Assembly (NCBI GenBank): GCA_050273025.1
Contig: CP158635.1
Coordinates: forward strand, 21,824,001 to 21,888,000
DNA: 64,000 bases
Direction of reading: 5' to 3'
Origin: Cenococcum geophilum
Lineage: Eukaryota
The notes under the pieces are model-generated. The model had not been told where the DNA came from and made no database searches. It saw nothing but the letters and a program-made list of their open reading frames with translations. Numbering within the stretch: position 1 is the stretch's first letter; every line of letters begins with the position of its first letter. A program made the translations under genes and the position numbers. Positions 63,202 to 64,000 of the stretch are shown piece after piece.

Positions 63202-63627
63202 TGTTATAGACGCTTTAAGTACAATATTACGACTACTTAGAGAAGAGTTAGAAGAAGCTAGTTAGTTAATATAAGCACGGTCTAGGATAGAACCTGTAGA
63301 ACTATATAACAAAGAATAGTAGCTAAAGTTATATAAGGTGCTACGTAAGGAATATAAGGAATAAAGGGAACTTATATACCTTACGTATAACACGTATATT
63401 ACGTATAAGAAGGATTTTATAGGAGTACGGTTATATATTTAAGGACCCTTAGTTCCTACCTAGATAGTTCCTTCCTTATAGTAATTCTTAGAATATAATT
63501 AGAGTTAATCTATTGGGCAACCACTCCACCAGTTATTATTACGTTGTTAACTACTATCTTTGCATTTCTTACACACCTAGCCTATTGACAGAACCCATTA
63601 TAGTTCCTGCTACAAGGTTCCGTTACA
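63202..63627 (+). repeat. 3' LTR
   Basis: Starts TGTTATAG after the polypurine tract AAAAAGGAGGGAGATGG and ends GTTACA. Confidence 0.95.
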
Positions 63628-64000
63628 CTAAGGCTACTATTATAGCCTGTAATATAGCAGACTTTAACAGTATAAAGGCGATTATAGTAGTCTTTAATAA
63701 GGACCGGCCGCTGTGGGGTATAGTTTATATAGCTAGTGTATAGGACAACGGCGTCCTTACCGCCTTAACCCTATAGCGATACGCCACGGCCTTCACGCCT
63801 AAGGTAAACGGTACCTAGCATCTACACTAGCTAACCTATGACATAGATATAGACTTAGATATGTTTGTTATGTTTTTCTCTATCTCTAGCATTATAGGCA
63901 TGCTGGGTTATAGTAACTACGCTATTACTAATACGTTTCTTAATGCGCTTACGTACCTACGCTATACCTAGGGCCTACCTATTACCTTATTAGTATACGG

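Larger units (their letters stand above)
55630..63627 (+). mobile_element. Ty3/Gypsy chromovirus LTR retrotransposon with both LTRs (7998 bp), RIP-inactivated
   Basis: Two 426-bp LTRs (TG...CA/TA), 5-bp TSD CTAAG at 55625-55629 and 63628-63632, and a PPT before the 3' LTR. Relics of gag, RT (YLNNIIIY from YLDDIIIY, ~60210), RNase H (NYNIYNKELL), integrase (YPQTNG.TERLN.TLE.YL, ~61720) and chromodomain (~62320-62450). Confidence 0.95.
49572..64000 (+). pseudogene. RIP-inactivated NRPS-PKS hybrid (A-T-KS-AT-KR..., continues past the window), interrupted by a LINE and a Gypsy element
   Basis: Read with RIP reversed: A domain LAVLKTGAAFVPIDPAFP, YVIYTSGSTGKPK, GELCIGGAGLARGY, GRADRQVKIRGYRIELG; T domain DNFFEIGGDS; KS DTACSSSLV, DGRCRAF..GTGWAEG, HGTGTKLGDPIE; AT FTGQG, QPALFALEVAL, GHSVGE; KR GGLGDLG, HTAGVQDNG, APKVDG, GNYAVANAFLDALA. 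Confidence 0.9.

Noticed and set aside
44000..64000. Starship giant element carrying the NRPS-PKS
   Set aside because: No tyrosine-recombinase captain relic or element boundary was recognisable within the window.

Overview
Genomic DNA from a filamentous ascomycete. It has short GT-AG introns with CTRAY branch sites and strong RIP (CpA->TpA) damage in repeats; a Dothideomycete is plausible but cannot be proven here. The left ~44 kb carries host genes: the 5' end of a Vsb1-like SulP transporter, GINS PSF1, a MATA-type HMG-box factor, a Copia-protease-fold gene, a NACHT-ankyrin NLR, the divergent ATP-citrate lyase pair, two HET-domain genes, a His-phosphatase-fold membrane protein and a PD-(D/E)XK-like ORF. 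These are interspersed with MITEs and a 6.1-kb RIP-degraded MULE-like transposon. The right ~20 kb is a RIP-degraded block: a minisatellite-filled TIR element and a dead A-T-KS-AT-KR NRPS-PKS hybrid interrupted by a truncated LINE and an 8.0-kb chromoviral Gypsy element. The standout is a tRNA-Tyr(GTA) gene at 19089-19281. Besides the canonical 37/38 intron, it is interrupted by two spliceosomal-type GT...CTAAY...TAG introns, one in the D-stem and one in the T-stem. Exact removal of all three yields a canonical 75-nt cloverleaf. All calls were made by eye; no database searches were run.
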